Origin: Hormiphora californensis
Lineage: Eukaryota > Animalia > Ctenophora
Length of the DNA: 64,000 nt
Assembly (NCBI GenBank): GCA_020137815.1
Contig: CM035360.1
Coordinates: forward strand, 7,812,001 to 7,876,000
Direction of reading: 5' to 3'
The notes below the pieces were generated by a model. The model searched no databases and was not told the DNA's origin. It saw only the letters and a program-made list of their open reading frames with translations. Position numbers and translations under genes: made by a program. This document shows, one piece after another, positions 50,520 to 63,088 of this stretch (the first letter of the stretch is position 1; each line of letters begins with the position of its first letter).

Positions 50520-50652
50520 TGTAATGTACGATCAGAGACAGGACATCAAGAACAGGAAGAGCAAAGTCTGGAAATCAGAGCTGATAGACGAACTCAAGTG
50601 AGGTTGTTTGTTGCTACTGTCGAAACCATTCTTCTCTACGGATGTGAAACAG
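50520..50652 (+). pseudogene. RTE-like LINE fragment
   Basis: KVW...RRTQVRLFVATVETILLYGCET motif. Confidence 0.65.
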
Positions 50653-51009
50653 TACATGGTGTCTCAAAATGGGTGTGAAATATGGTCTCTTTAAATGGTT
50701 TAAATATGGTATCGGAGGGTTGTACAATGTCATTTCATTCAATTCATTCAAACTGCCGCTGGCAGTGGCATTGCGCCGAAATAAAAACATATAATATGAA
50801 GCAAACCAGCCACACGGACCAAACTGAGTGAGGATTCAGGGTGGCGCAACAGGGTCGTTGGCACGAAGACGGTTAGGTCTTATGTGTGCTTTGAACCTGT
50901 TGCCCCACCCTGGTCCCCACTGCGTCCTTACAAAGTTTATAAATGTAACAAAAATGAGATAATGAATTGTATAATAGTAGGGTAAATCGCTCTCTCCCAC
51001 TCACTCCCT

Positions 51010-51094
<85 letters not shown>

Positions 51095-51101
<7 letters not shown>

Positions 51102-51430
51102 TCCTCGGCCTCGCTAGCAACAACTGAACCTCTTCTAATTCTCCAAATCTTCTCTGGTTCAAGTTCCCTTTTCTCTCTCAATCTCGCTACCAAAACTCTA
51201 CGCTGAGCTCGCTCTTCAACAGTCCTGTCTGGTGCTATATAAACTGTCTGATAAGAGTCTGAGTCTTTGAGCTGAGCAGACTTGCCAAGAACTGTCCTTG
51301 CTGCCTCTCTGGTCCTCATCACTACCCGAACAGGTCGTACTCGCTCACCACTCCTCCCAAGTCTTTCAACTTTCGAGACCACTGGAGCTTCACCAAGTTC
51401 CTGGAACACGTCCTTTATCTTTTCACAGTC
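51095..51430 (-). pseudogene. LINE (CR1/L2-type) ORF1 C-terminal fragment
   Basis: VERLGRSGERVRPVRVVM...LKDSDSYQTVYIAPDRTVEERAQRRVL matches the RLG...RP..V / I..D.T..ER pattern of LINE ORF1 proteins. Confidence 0.7.
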
Positions 51431-51709
51431 GTTGTTTGTTTGTTTGTTTGTACTTGCTGCGTCTGGCGAGTGACCTGCCCGAAAGTAGCGGCGGCCGCAC
51501 CGAGCACGCTTATTAGGCGCCCCAGCACGTCCACCACTCCGCCGTAGCAAGGCCACCCACCAATCAGTTTATGCAGAGCATGTTACTTCAGACGCTCCAG
51601 GAAGACCGTGGTCAACCACTGGCGACGCCGAGCGGCGTGAGCCGCACGACGTCGACAGGGGTATCACACTACTCCTGGCCTAAATCAATTCCTAAGGTTT
51701 ATATTAAGC

Positions 51710-51960
51710 TGGAGCAGGTAACGTTTTGCCTTTGAGAGTGTCTTGAGTTTAGTTTAGTCTGGAACAGGGTAGCGTTTTGCCGTTGAGAGTGTCTTGAGTT
51801 TAGTTTAGTCTGGAACAAGGTAACGATTTGCCTTTGAGTGTCTTGAGTTTGTTTTGTCTGGAACAAGGTAACGTTTTGCCTTTGTGGTAGTCTTGAGATG
51901 TTTTGGAACAAGGTAGCAAGTCTTGGACTTGGTCTGGATCAAGGTAACGTTTTCCATTGT
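51710..51960. repeat. ~45-51 bp minisatellite
   Basis: GTCTGGAACAAGGTAACGTTTTGCCTTTGAGAGTGTCTTGAGTTTAGTTTA variants, about 5 copies. Confidence 0.85.
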
Positions 51961-52387
51961 GAGTACGGTCTGTCAACAGCGCTAGCTAAAGAATAAGAAT
52001 AAGAATAGAATCTCTCATTCTCAATGGCTACGATCATAATTTGGATACAACTGTACATAACAACGGACTGACAAACTTACGACCTTGATGGATGTGATGG
52101 GTACCGTGACGTATTGGTGATGAGATGTGAAGTGTGTCCATTTTCAGTAGAGATTAAGATTAAAGACAATCAAACACAAATAAGGCATAGGACAGTACAA
52201 ATGTAGAGTGTAAAATGTTCTAGAAGACAAGTCGGATAACATAGATAAGATCATTGATAATTGTTACACGCGATAAGCGACTTAGTGCACCAAAACACAA
52301 GGATTGTCGCTGTAGTGGGCTGTTTAGTAAACGCCTCTATTTAGGGAGGGTGGCTGGGGGGTGGGCGGGTGGGATTTTCCGGGTACC

Positions 52388-53260
52388 TTTTCAGTGAAAA
52401 TGGGCCATTTCTAAGCTTATCAGGGACACATTGGGCATTATCTAAGCTGTGTAGAGACCACTGGGGAGTAGGAGGAGGGCTGTGAGTGATTGTTGAATGT
52501 TAAAGGAAGAAACATGTGACAAAATGTGGTGTTTGTACTGAGAGAACGAGAGCAACAGGAAACGAGAAACGATCAGAGTGCAATGAGACTTCCGGGAGGT
52601 ATGTCACGAAGTGGTAACCATGTGTACGGGCCTCCGCAAGCAACTTTAAAAGTGGACTTTTAAATAAAATGGAAATAAAATGCATCGCAAACTTCAAAAA
52701 ATGACTTTTTTTTTCGAAATTTTCGGGAAACTTTTTCAGTGAAAATGGGCCATTTCTAAGCTTATCAGGGACACATTGGGCATTATCTAAGCTGTGTAGA
52801 GACCACTGGGGAGTAGGAGGAGGGCTGTGAGTGATTGTTGAATGTTAAAGGAAGAAACATGTGACAAAATGTGGTGTTTGTACTGAGAGAACGAGAGCAA
52901 CAGGAAACGAGAAACGATCAGAGTGCAATGAGACTTCCGGGAGGTATGTCACGAAGTGGTAACCATGTGTACGGGCCTCCGCAAGCAACTTTAAAAGTGG
53001 ACTTTTAAATAAAATGGAAATAAAATGCATCGCAAACTTCAAAAAATGACTTTTTTTTTTCGAAATTTTCGGGAAACTTTTTCAGTGAAAATGGGCCATT
53101 TCTAAGCTTATCAGGGACACATTGGGCATTATCTAAGCTGTGTAGAGACCACTGGGGAGTAGGAGGAGGGCTGTGAGTGATTGTTGAATGTTAAAGGAAG
53201 AAAACATGTGACAAAATGTGGTGTTTGTACTGAGAGAACGAGAGCAACGGAAACGAGGGA
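52388..53260. repeat. 345-bp tandem repeat, ~2.5 near-identical copies
   Basis: TTTTCAGTGAAAATGGGCCATTTCTAAGC at ~52388, ~52733 and ~53079. Duplicated identical ORFs lie 345 bp apart. Confidence 0.95.
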
Positions 53261-53735
53261 AAAAGATCAGGGCAATTTCCAGTGTTACAGTAACAGGTTT
53301 GGGTCCAAACTTAAAGGGGTTTTAAAAATGGAATAGCGTCGCCCAAAAAAAACAGAAACAAACTTTTCAGGTGGGGGCCCTTCCAAAAACAGGGAACCTT
53401 ATTCCCCCTTTAAACCACTGGAAAGAGAATTTTTTTAGTTTAAAAACCTTTTGGCAATGGGTTTCAGGGGGAGACCCCGGGCAGAGGAAATTGCTCCCGC
53501 TCAACAATATCCTTTGGCGGCAAAAGGCCCCTGGACTTGATCCTTGCCAAAAATCAACCTTTTTAAGCGGGGAACTGAAACAGGTTTCCTTATTCCCCTT
53601 CTTTTCCCTTTTTTTTTCTAAATCCTTGGCCTCTGGGAAAGGAAAAGGGGTCGATACAAAGAAGACCGCCAGGGCAGCGAAAAATCTTCCCGTTCTGTGG
53701 GTTTAAAAGATTTCAAAGTAGGGTGTTCGTCAAAT

Positions 53736-54371
53736 TGTTCCCAAGCTTCATTAGAGATGAAAATCTGGAAATAGTTGCTCAAAACGATTATCTATGTGGC
53801 CCAAAAATTTTGGAACTTTCCCGCCAAAGATGCGGTGCACAGAGCTTGTTTTGTAAAACCCGTCTTTTTGAAAAAGAGGGAAATTCCCTGTATCTCAAAA
53901 ACGGATGATCGTAGAGACCTGCGACCGAGCTTAATCGATTCAGAAGCTCCGATTTTGGGGGGGTCTTCTGAGAGACATTTTGCTCCTACTCCAACCGTTT
54001 TTGCTGTAATTGCCAAAAAGGTATCAGCAAGTAAGGGGGAAATCGGCCCGAAGCAGGCTACTGGAATAGAGTTGTTCCCCCTTTCCATAGAATTGGTTTT
54101 TCCAAAAACGGTTGGAGTAGGAGCAAAATGTCTCTCAGAAGACCCCCCCCAAAATCGGAGCTTCTGAATCGATTAAGCTCGGTCGCAGGTCTCTACGATC
54201 ATCCGTTTTTGAGATACAGGGAATTTCCCTCTTTTTCAAAAAGACGGGTTTCACAAAACAAGCTCTGTACACCGCATCTTTGGCGGGAAAGTTCCAAAAT
54301 TTTTGGGCCACATAGATAATCGTTTTGAGCAACTATTTCCAGATTTTCATCTCTAATGAAGCTTGGGAACA
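53736..54371. repeat. Near-perfect long inverted repeat (~265-bp arms)
   Basis: TGTTCCCAAGCTTCATTAGAGATG...CCAACCGTTTTTG is mirrored at ~54102-54371. Confidence 0.9.
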
Positions 54372-54704
54372 TTCTCAGCCAGCGTGTCAAATAAGCAAAA
54401 AAGTAAACCGTTCTCATGGCCAGAAATTAGCTCCATTTCAAAAGTCCTTCTTTGGGCTTATTCACCTTTATATTCTCTTCAAATTCCAAGAGTTTAATGT
54501 TTCTATCTCAAAAAAAGTGGTCCTGAGGTTAAAAATTCCAACAAAAATTGAAAAAACTCCACTTTGAAAATAGGCTGTAGCAAAAATATGAATTCGAATT
54601 TAGGGCTAAAATTGCATAATTGAGGTCCATTTTGTATGGCCTAAACACTGGTGAAGTCATTTGGTTGGGCACTCGATGATGAAAAACGCCAGGTGTACCC
54701 TTAA

Positions 54705-55715
54705 GGCCAGAGGGGGGGGGGGGGGGGGGTCGACGGGTTTTTTGGGGTGTTTTTTGAGGTATACGTTATATGAAAGCGCTGGGCAAGGCGGATCGATTAG
54801 AACAGACGTCATCGATGTTGCACGCACCGTTTGGCCAAAATTTGGGGGTTAACATTTGGCCTATAATGGATGTTAACCCCTATAAATCAGGATTGGTGGG
54901 GTCTAGAACATCTATCATTGTACCAAAGGCTTCGTCTTGTCTTGATACAACTTCCTGAAAAGTTTTATGTCGTTACTCCAACTACTTCTTGATTTTTTGG
55001 GGGTTTACAAAATATATGCGGAAAAAGCCCTTTTTGCCTCTAATTTTGCTCTTTTTTGGGACATCCTGCCTCACTTCCTGAAATAACGGCTAGGACTCAG
55101 ACCTTGCCGTTTGGCATAGTTGTTCTAGAGACTGTGTTCTTCAAATTTGGTGTAGCGATTTTTGATTAAGGCCCCCGTTCAAAAATTATAGGGGTTAACA
55201 TTTGTTTTGTCCATGAAAATTTTATGTAAACCCCTATAATTTTTGAACGGGGGCCTTAATCAAAAATCGCTACACCAAATTTGAAGAACATGGTCTCTAG
55301 AACAACTATGCCAAACGGCAAGGTCTGAGTCCTAGCCGTTATTTCAGGAAGTGAGGCAGGATGTCCCAAAAAAGAGCAAAATTAGAGGCAAAAAGGGCTT
55401 TTTCCGCATATTTTGTAAACCCCCAAAAAATCAAGAAGTAGTTGGAGTAACGACATAAAACTTTTCAGGAAGTTGTATCAAGACAAGACGAAGCCTTTGG
55501 TACAATGATAGATGTTCTAGACCCCACCAATCCTGATTTATAGGGGTTAACATCCATTATAGGCCAAATGTTAACCCCCAAATTTTGGCCAAACGGTGCG
55601 CGCAACATCGATGACGTCTGTTCTAATCGATCCGCCTTGCCCAGCGCTTTCATATAACGTATACCTCAAAAAACACCCCAAAAACACGTCGACCCCCCCC
55701 CCCCCCCCTCTGGCC
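54705..55715. mobile_element. ~1-kb foldback element with poly-G/poly-C subterminal runs
   Basis: TTAA|GGCCAGAG(G)nTCGAC ... GTCGA(C)nTCTGGCC. Arms ~490 bp and near-identical (mirrored ORFs at 54770 and 55653). Confidence 0.85.
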
Positions 55716-57409
55716 TAGTGATGAGCTGCTCGCGATATTCTGTTTAAGAGACACATCTCACTGAATAGTTGTTATCAAGTTAGCCTTTTCCCAAATAGAA
55801 AATTTCGATAGTTTACCTATTTTGAACCTTACAACCCTCCATCTCAACGTTTTCACTGGTTACAGCTGAATACAGGGCTAAAACATCAAAAATGGCAAAA
55901 ATCGACTTTTGACCATTTCTCAGTCATTCTAGAGAGTTTTTATACTACACCGCCAATTGATTCTACCTACATTGTAATAATTTTTTAGGGAATTTGAGTG
56001 AAATTTAAATCTCTGTTTTCCTCTCTCGAGGTATTTAGGGATACAACTTAGGAATAATATTAGGTTGGCCTAAGTTAAGGGACACCGCACGTACCCAAAC
56101 TTTGCTCATACGACATACATTCTTCGAAATGTGCGTAGAACGTATAATTCGAAAAGCCGTAATACCGCAGAATAGGCCAGTAATTTGTTGCGGTTAAAAC
56201 AAGAGCCTCGATGTTGGGGTAATAAAAACTCTTAGTCAAATTATATGTGTTGCTTGTATATTTTATGTAATGACGTCGACACTAAGAACTATAAACTTAA
56301 TTAGGGTACCCATAGAGTGTGCCTCAGGCAAGGGACGCTTTTGCCAACCCACACGGCGCGGCTTTTACACCGCTCAAGACTCAACTGCTTAAATTTGTTC
56401 GAAAATAGTTATTTTAAACTGTAAAAACACCAAACTCCGCTAGCCTCCTGTAATGTATGTAATTGAAGAAGATGATGATTCATGTCGCGGATCGGATGTT
56501 GAGCCGCTCAGGTTAGTTGTAGCAGTCACTTTACACATACAGTGTGTGACACGCGATTCCTGAACTTTTATGGCTCTGTCATTGAAACGGTAAGGCGGTT
56601 TTAGACAGTGTCAAATTCGTTACTCATACAAAATTGTTAGTGTCGGCCATTCCTAACAGTGCCGGACTCAGGTTTACCGGAATGCTTGGGGAAAAGGGTT
56701 CTGCCCCGTAAATCGGGCTTGCGGTAAATCCGGGTCCAACTGTATTATAAGGAAAAAACTCGAAGAAATCTCAAAGCCTGGAAGTGTGTACTGAAGAGGT
56801 TACAGGCGACCCGATAGGATTCAAGGGTGGAGTCGCAGAACGTTTTTCCTGAAATCAAGTTGGGTCATAGTAAGGGTCCACAAAGTTTCAGAGAATTATA
56901 TCGGCGGCGGCTTTATTGTTTGAGTCGCTTGACTATGAACAGTTAAATTTATTGTACAATCTTACTATATTAAATGCAAATTCAAATAGAAACAAGTTAG
57001 TTAGTCAAACAAATGTTTCGCCAAATAAATGGCTCTTTAGTGACCTAAACAATTCTACACAGAACACACCGAGGACCCCTTGCTAGGAAGCCGGAAAAAA
57101 GGTCACCTGAGACCTTTTCTCCGGTTTGTTAAAAAGTAACACCTGTTTAGAGGTCGTGTCGAGGCTCCAAACAGATGTAAAAAAACTGGAACAATTGGAA
57201 GGGGTCAATGTAGTTATCGACTCTACTAATTAAGAGATGTAGCATTGGAAGGGAAAACTTGCCCTTTCTAAGTCTGGGCATGTACAGTTTTGGCGCTCTT
57301 GACCTCTGATCCATTGAACCAGTACATTCCGTGTGGGTTCACAAAGCAGAAGGTTCTACCCGCTCCAGGTATAACGTCCCCCTGATCCTCTCCAAAATTA
57401 GTGGAATCG

Positions 57410-57700
57410 ATTGCTTTTCTTTATTAGTTTTATGAATTTTTTGTGTTTTGCTTCATTCAGATCTGGGCAGTCGATGAGGACATATTTTGAGTTTTCTTTT
57501 ATATTGCTTAGTTTGCAATTTGGGTCGATGTCTTTGTCTTTTTGTGCTGGGCTGATACCAGATTGTTTGTCCGGATTTCGTTAGTGTGATTTGTCTTAGA
57601 CATTACTTGTCTTTGATCCTGATCATGTGGTATAATTTGTATAGTTTTGTTAGGATTGCTGTGGTAAACTCATTACACTGTTTGCGTAGGTGGCATCTTC
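57410..57700 (-). pseudogene. Degenerate LINE 3' fragment with a decayed C-terminal Zn-knuckle
   Basis: DIDPNCKLSNIKENSKYVLIDCPDLNEAK resembles the Cx2Cx4Ex3Hx4CP motif of I/Nimb/R1-group ORF2. Confidence 0.45.
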
Positions 57701-58058
57701 TGTTATTCTCCCCCCCCTGCCTGACGGACTTGCGTAATTGGGGTACAGACAGGGTACAGATGCTTCGTCTATCTTCACAAGGGAATGTACTGGTGCCAAA
57801 GGTAGCTCAAATCATAGGGCAACCTTTCCGGCCAATTAGTTTTGGTATAATTTGCAAAAATTTCAGTTTTGACGTCATAAAATGACGTTACGACGTAACT
57901 GACGTCTAAATTCATGATGTCTTATCATCAGGACTACCTAGATAAAGATACTGACCAAGTTTGAGATCGATTGGATGAGATTTGAGTCCGCTATGGCGAA
58001 AAACCCCCTATCGTCATATCTGTTTTTATACAGTCATAACACTTCAGACGCGTTTTAA

Positions 58059-60635
58059 CCCTTTGGGGACGATAAGCCCCCTGTCGACAGAATTCTGTAA
58101 AACTTTCTGGAGACACTTACTTTGAACCTACTTAACCCTTTGGGGACGATAAGCCCCCTGTCGACAGAATTCTCTAAAACTTTCTGGAGACACTTACTTT
58201 GAACCTACTTAAACGTAGGAAAAGGAATTTTGGTTCTACCACCTGTATTTCTATTGGGTCACCTGTGACCCAATCGTCCCCTAACGCTAAAACAGGAATT
58301 GAGATTTCGCAGCTATTTTGCCCCATAACTCGAAAACCGTTCATTTTAGGCCCTATGTTTCTTCATAACACTTATATAAACCCGGCCATTCTGCACATTT
58401 TGCACACCCTATGGACCTCTCTATCTCATCTGTAGCCGATTTTAGAATTTCAAAATTGGCCGAGATGGAAAATTTTCTGAAGGAGCACGGATCTCAAAAA
58501 ATTTTTTATCGACTCCCTTGGATGTTGAGATAACAATGATGGAGTCGGTTAGTCGCTAGCACCTGTTTAAAAAATGCCGTTTTGGACTTTTATCGGCGGC
58601 CATTCCTTTAGAAATGCTCGTAAAATGCAAATTTCTGTTTTAGCGTTAGGGGACGATTGGGTCACAGGTGACCCAGCACTTTGAAGGCCTCTGGGAGGCA
58701 CAAAATTTGCAATATCACCCTGAAACTTTACCCCGGAGTAAAATATACACTTTTCTTTCATTTTCCAAGTCCATTTTAAGCATACTCGTACCAATTTTGA
58801 GATATGGCCATTAAACTACCCATTTTGCCTACCAAATGCACTGTTTTAGCCCTGTTTTCCGAAGTCGATGACTTCAGGGGCTCAAAACGACCTCAAAATG
58901 GTAGAAAAATGTATGTTTCAACCCTGGAAACAATTTAAAACTTTCAAACGTCGTCTAGAAAGACGCTAAATGGGTTCAAAGTATTGGGTCACCTGTGACC
59001 CAATCGTCTCCAAAGGGTTAAACGTAGGAAAAGGAATTTTGGTTCTACCACCTGTATTTCTATTGGGTCACCTGTGACCCAATCGTCCCCTAACGCTAAA
59101 ACAGGAATTGAGATTTCGCAGCTATTTTGCCCCATAACTCGAAAACCGTTCATTTTAGGCCCTATGTTTCTTCATAACACTTATATAAACCCGGCCATTC
59201 TGCACATTTTGCACACCCTATGGACCTCTCTATCTCATCTGTAGCCGATTTTAGAATTTCAAAATTGGCCGAGATGGAAAATTTTCTGAAGGAGCACGGA
59301 TCTCAAAAAATTTTTTATCGACTCCCTTGGATGTTGAGATAACAATGATGGAGTCGGTTAGTCGCTAGCACCTGTTTAAAAAATGCCGTTTTGGACTTTT
59401 ATCGGCGGCCATTCCTTTAGAAATGCTCGTAAAATGCAAATTTCTGTTTTAGCGTTAGGGGACGATTGGGTCACAGGTGACCCAGCACTTTGAAGGCCTC
59501 TGGGAGGCACAAAATTTGCAATATCACCCTGAAACTTTACCCCGGAGTAAAATATACACTTTTCTTGCATTTTCCAAGTCCATTTTAAGCATACTCGTAC
59601 CAATTTTGAGATATGGCCATTAAACTACCCATTTTGCCTACCAAATGCACTGTTTTAGCCCTGTTTTCCGAAGTCGATGACTTCAGGGGCTCAAAACGAC
59701 CTCAAAATGGTAGAAAAATGTATGTTTCAACCCTGGAAACAATTTAAAACTTTCAAACGTCGTCTAGAAAGACGCTAAATGGGTTCAAAGTATTGGGTCA
59801 CCTGTGACCCAATCGTCTCCAAAGGGTTAAACGTAGGAAAAGGAATTTTGGTTCTACCACCTGTATTTCTATTGGGTCACCTGTGACCCAACCGTCCCCT
59901 AACGCTAAAACAGGAATTGAGATTTCGCAGCTATTTTGCCCCATAACTCGAAAACCGTTCATTTTAGGCCCTATGTTTCTTCATAACACTTATATAAACC
60001 CGGCCGTTTTGCACATTTTGCACACCCTATGGACCTCTCTATCTCATCTGTAGCCGATTTTAGAATTTCAAAATTGGCCGAGATGAAAAATTTTCTGAAG
60101 GAGCACGGATCTCAAAAATTTTTTTATCGACTCCCTTGGATGTTGAGATAACAATGATGGAGTCGGTTAGTCGCTAGCACCTGTTTAAAAAATGCCGTTT
60201 TGGACTTTTATCGGCGGCCATTCCTTTAGAAATGCTCGTAAAATGCAAATTTCTGTTTTAGCGTTAGGGGACGATTGGGTCACAGGTGACCCAGCACTTT
60301 GAAGGCCTCTGAGAGGTACAAAATTTGCAATATCACCCTGAAACTTTACCCCGGAGTAAAATATACACTTTTCTTTCATTTTCCAAGTCCATTTTAAGCA
60401 TACTCGTACCAATTTTGAGATATGGCCATTAAACTACCCATTTTGCCTACCAAATGCACTGTTTTAGCCCTGTTTTCCGAAGTCGACGACTTCAGAGGCT
60501 CAAAACGACCTCAAAATAGTAGAAAAATGTATGTTTCAACCCTGGAAACAATTAAAAACTTTCAAACGTGGTCTAGAAAGACGCTAAATGGGTTCAAAGT
60601 ATTGGGTCACCTGTGACCCAATCGTCTCCAAAGGG
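58059..60635. mobile_element. piggyBac-like MITE complex: 2 x 77-bp left modules + 3 x 809-bp right modules, each bounded by TTAA
   Basis: TTAA|CCCTTTGGGGACGAT ... ATCGTCTCCAAAGGG|TTAA. TTAA at 58055, 58132, 58209, 59018, 59827 and 60636. Confidence 0.9.
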
Positions 60636-60695
60636 TTAAGACCCGTATACATGTAGTTTTGAAAATTCGCAATATAGTTTCTGAAAGTTTAGATA

Positions 60696-60900
60696 ACTAG
60701 CGCACCCATTGGGTGCGCCTCAAGTAAGGGCTTTTTGATAGCCCATGCCACCCGGCATCGCCGGGTGGTTTTTTTTCAACGTCAATAACACGGTTTCCAT
60801 GGCAACTGAATTGGTAACTAAGGACTGGCATGTTAAAAGTCATTCGAAAATATTAACAAACTTCGCCGGAAGTTCCAAAAGTGTGAGTAACAGCTTTACA
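60696..60900 (-). mobile_element. Helitron-like 3' end
   Basis: Minus strand palindrome GCGCACCCAATGGGTGCGC running into CTAG|T. Confidence 0.5.
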
Positions 60901-62801
60901 GCTTTTGGCGTACAAAGTGTTTTATGAAGGAGTACTGTCGCTTAGAAACGCACTGAACGAACGGCCACTTCGACGTCGTTCATCTCCAAATTATAATAGA
61001 GATTCTCTTCCCGTTATGTAGTCTTCGATTTTTGGATTAGAATCCGTCTTCCGGGTGTAAATTGAACTCAAAGAATTTTGGTCAGAGTCTGAAAAATGAC
61101 GACTTTAAGACGTTCTGTAGGACGTTTCTGGCGATGAAAAGAGACCCAATATCGACTAATGCACACACATCCAGTAGATCTACCAGCTGTGAAAACTCTT
61201 TTTGTTTGGCGTGAATGTGGTTTATAAAAAGCGTCGGGAAATGTTTACGAAGCGGGCCGCGTGGAGGCGACAGTGCTTGAAAAGACCCCTGCTCCTGGGG
61301 AGAGTGGGTGGGGAGAGTGGGTACTGGGTAGTGAGAGTGGGTGGATTGGTGGGTTGTGTGTTCCTACTGACTCAGATGGTGTTTGTTGAGTGTTTTACGT
61401 CTCATAATCGCCAGCACGGGGACAGGGATTGAAGTTTTCTCTAGATTTGCGGTCAGTACGATGGCGCCAGTTTCTATTATGTACAATGTCGGTAGTGATT
61501 AGTAATTTATCAAAACATTTCCATTTTGATTGAGCTTCAGATTACTCTTGTATGAATATACAATATAATTATTCATTATACAATATACACACCCCACACC
61601 CCTTTCCCCAAATTTGAAATATTGATTGATAATATCCGTAATATTATTATATTGTACACACAGAACTGAAGGAACAACAATCACGATATATTATTATTAT
61701 TAGAGCTGTTCTATTGCGACACTAATTTATATGTCAACGTTACTGTACAGCGTTACCTAAACCCTAACTCAATTTAGCGAAAGCCTGCAATTAACAAATG
61801 CATTGTACCTGTGCGTTATTTTTGTTTCACCATGTTCTTTAGTTAAACCTTTTGATACATATTACAGTCGGACCCCGATTTACCGGGCCCCGATTTACCG
61901 GAACCCCGATTTATCGGGAGGATAAACTTCCCCCGAAATATTTTGGCCCAATTTCACTGAAAATTTCAGATTTTCTAAATTTCTAATTAGCCATTCGATT
62001 CTCCAAGCTTGTTTATCAAATGATCAAGTTTGATCAGTCTGTGCGACGGTATCATCTGGTGTTAAAGTGTTCCTTGGTTCAAAAGAAACAAGTTGGTGAA
62101 GGTCCCATGCTTCTAGCTTGTGTTTGAAGCTTGCACGTGCATGCGTGTTCCTAGTTATGAAGGAATTTCAAACACAACATAGGGACGTCACCTTGGACAC
62201 CAAGGAATATAACAAGCAATTAGTTTAGACATTATTCCAAATTTCGTTTTTGTGCACCTCTCACTTTAAAGTGAGAGTGGACAGAATCAGAATTGGACAA
62301 GTTTGTTGGAGGTACTTATAGAGCTCAAAATCGACCTATCCATCACGGAGGTATTTTTGTTACTCTCGGGGAATTCCTGTTTAATCAGTATCTATAAAAC
62401 AGAATAGAAACAATGCTTGTGTTTTACGAACACATTCTTTAATATGCTGACTTGCATCGCTCTGCTTCTGTGCATGGACATTTCAACCTCACTGCTTATA
62501 TTCAGAATGTGTTAGTAAAACACAACGATTGACTCTATTCTGTTTTATACATACTGATTAAACAGGAATTCCCCGAGAGTAACAAAAATATCTCAGTGAT
62601 GGATGGGTCGATTTTGAGCGGCAAAAAGGCAAAATGCTCATATAGAACTAATCTCTACAACCTGAAACATCCAACAAACTTAGTTTGCTCAACCTACTAA
62701 TGAGAGTTGTTTCATCTTACAACTACTGTCACTTACTTTTTAAATCGTTTAAAATAAAATTAGTTTTATTATCTTTTTAGTTAAAAGAATATCTAACTAA
62801 A

Positions 62802-63088
62802 ATGGATCATTCATCTTCCGCTGGAACCGTGGCCATTGAACCATTCAGTGAGATGGCAGAAAAAAATTCCAAAAAAGAGAGAGGCCCTGGTCACAGGGAG
62901 AGAGAAAAGTCAAGTTGTACCAAAACAAGCTGTGATATAAACTCATTTTTTGACAATATCGCCAAACCTGCAATGGAAGAGGAGGAAGAAGAGGCAAAAG
63001 ATGGATTCGTTATTCCTGAACTTAATATTGGAACGCAAAGAAAACATCTTGCACGACGAAATACTGCTTCTGTTATGACGGTTTCAGG
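62802..63088 (+). CDS. Putative first coding exon of an unidentified gene (charged, low-complexity N-terminus)
   Basis: ORF from AAAATGG preceded by an acceptor-like TTTTTAG. Protein-like composition (..LARRNTASV..). Donor CAG|GTAATA at 63089. The downstream segment to ~63331 looks coding but could not be joined in frame. Confidence 0.4.

Noticed and set aside
58567-60412. Three near-identical 75-aa ORFs
   Set aside because: By-products of the 809-bp module, with no transposase motifs.
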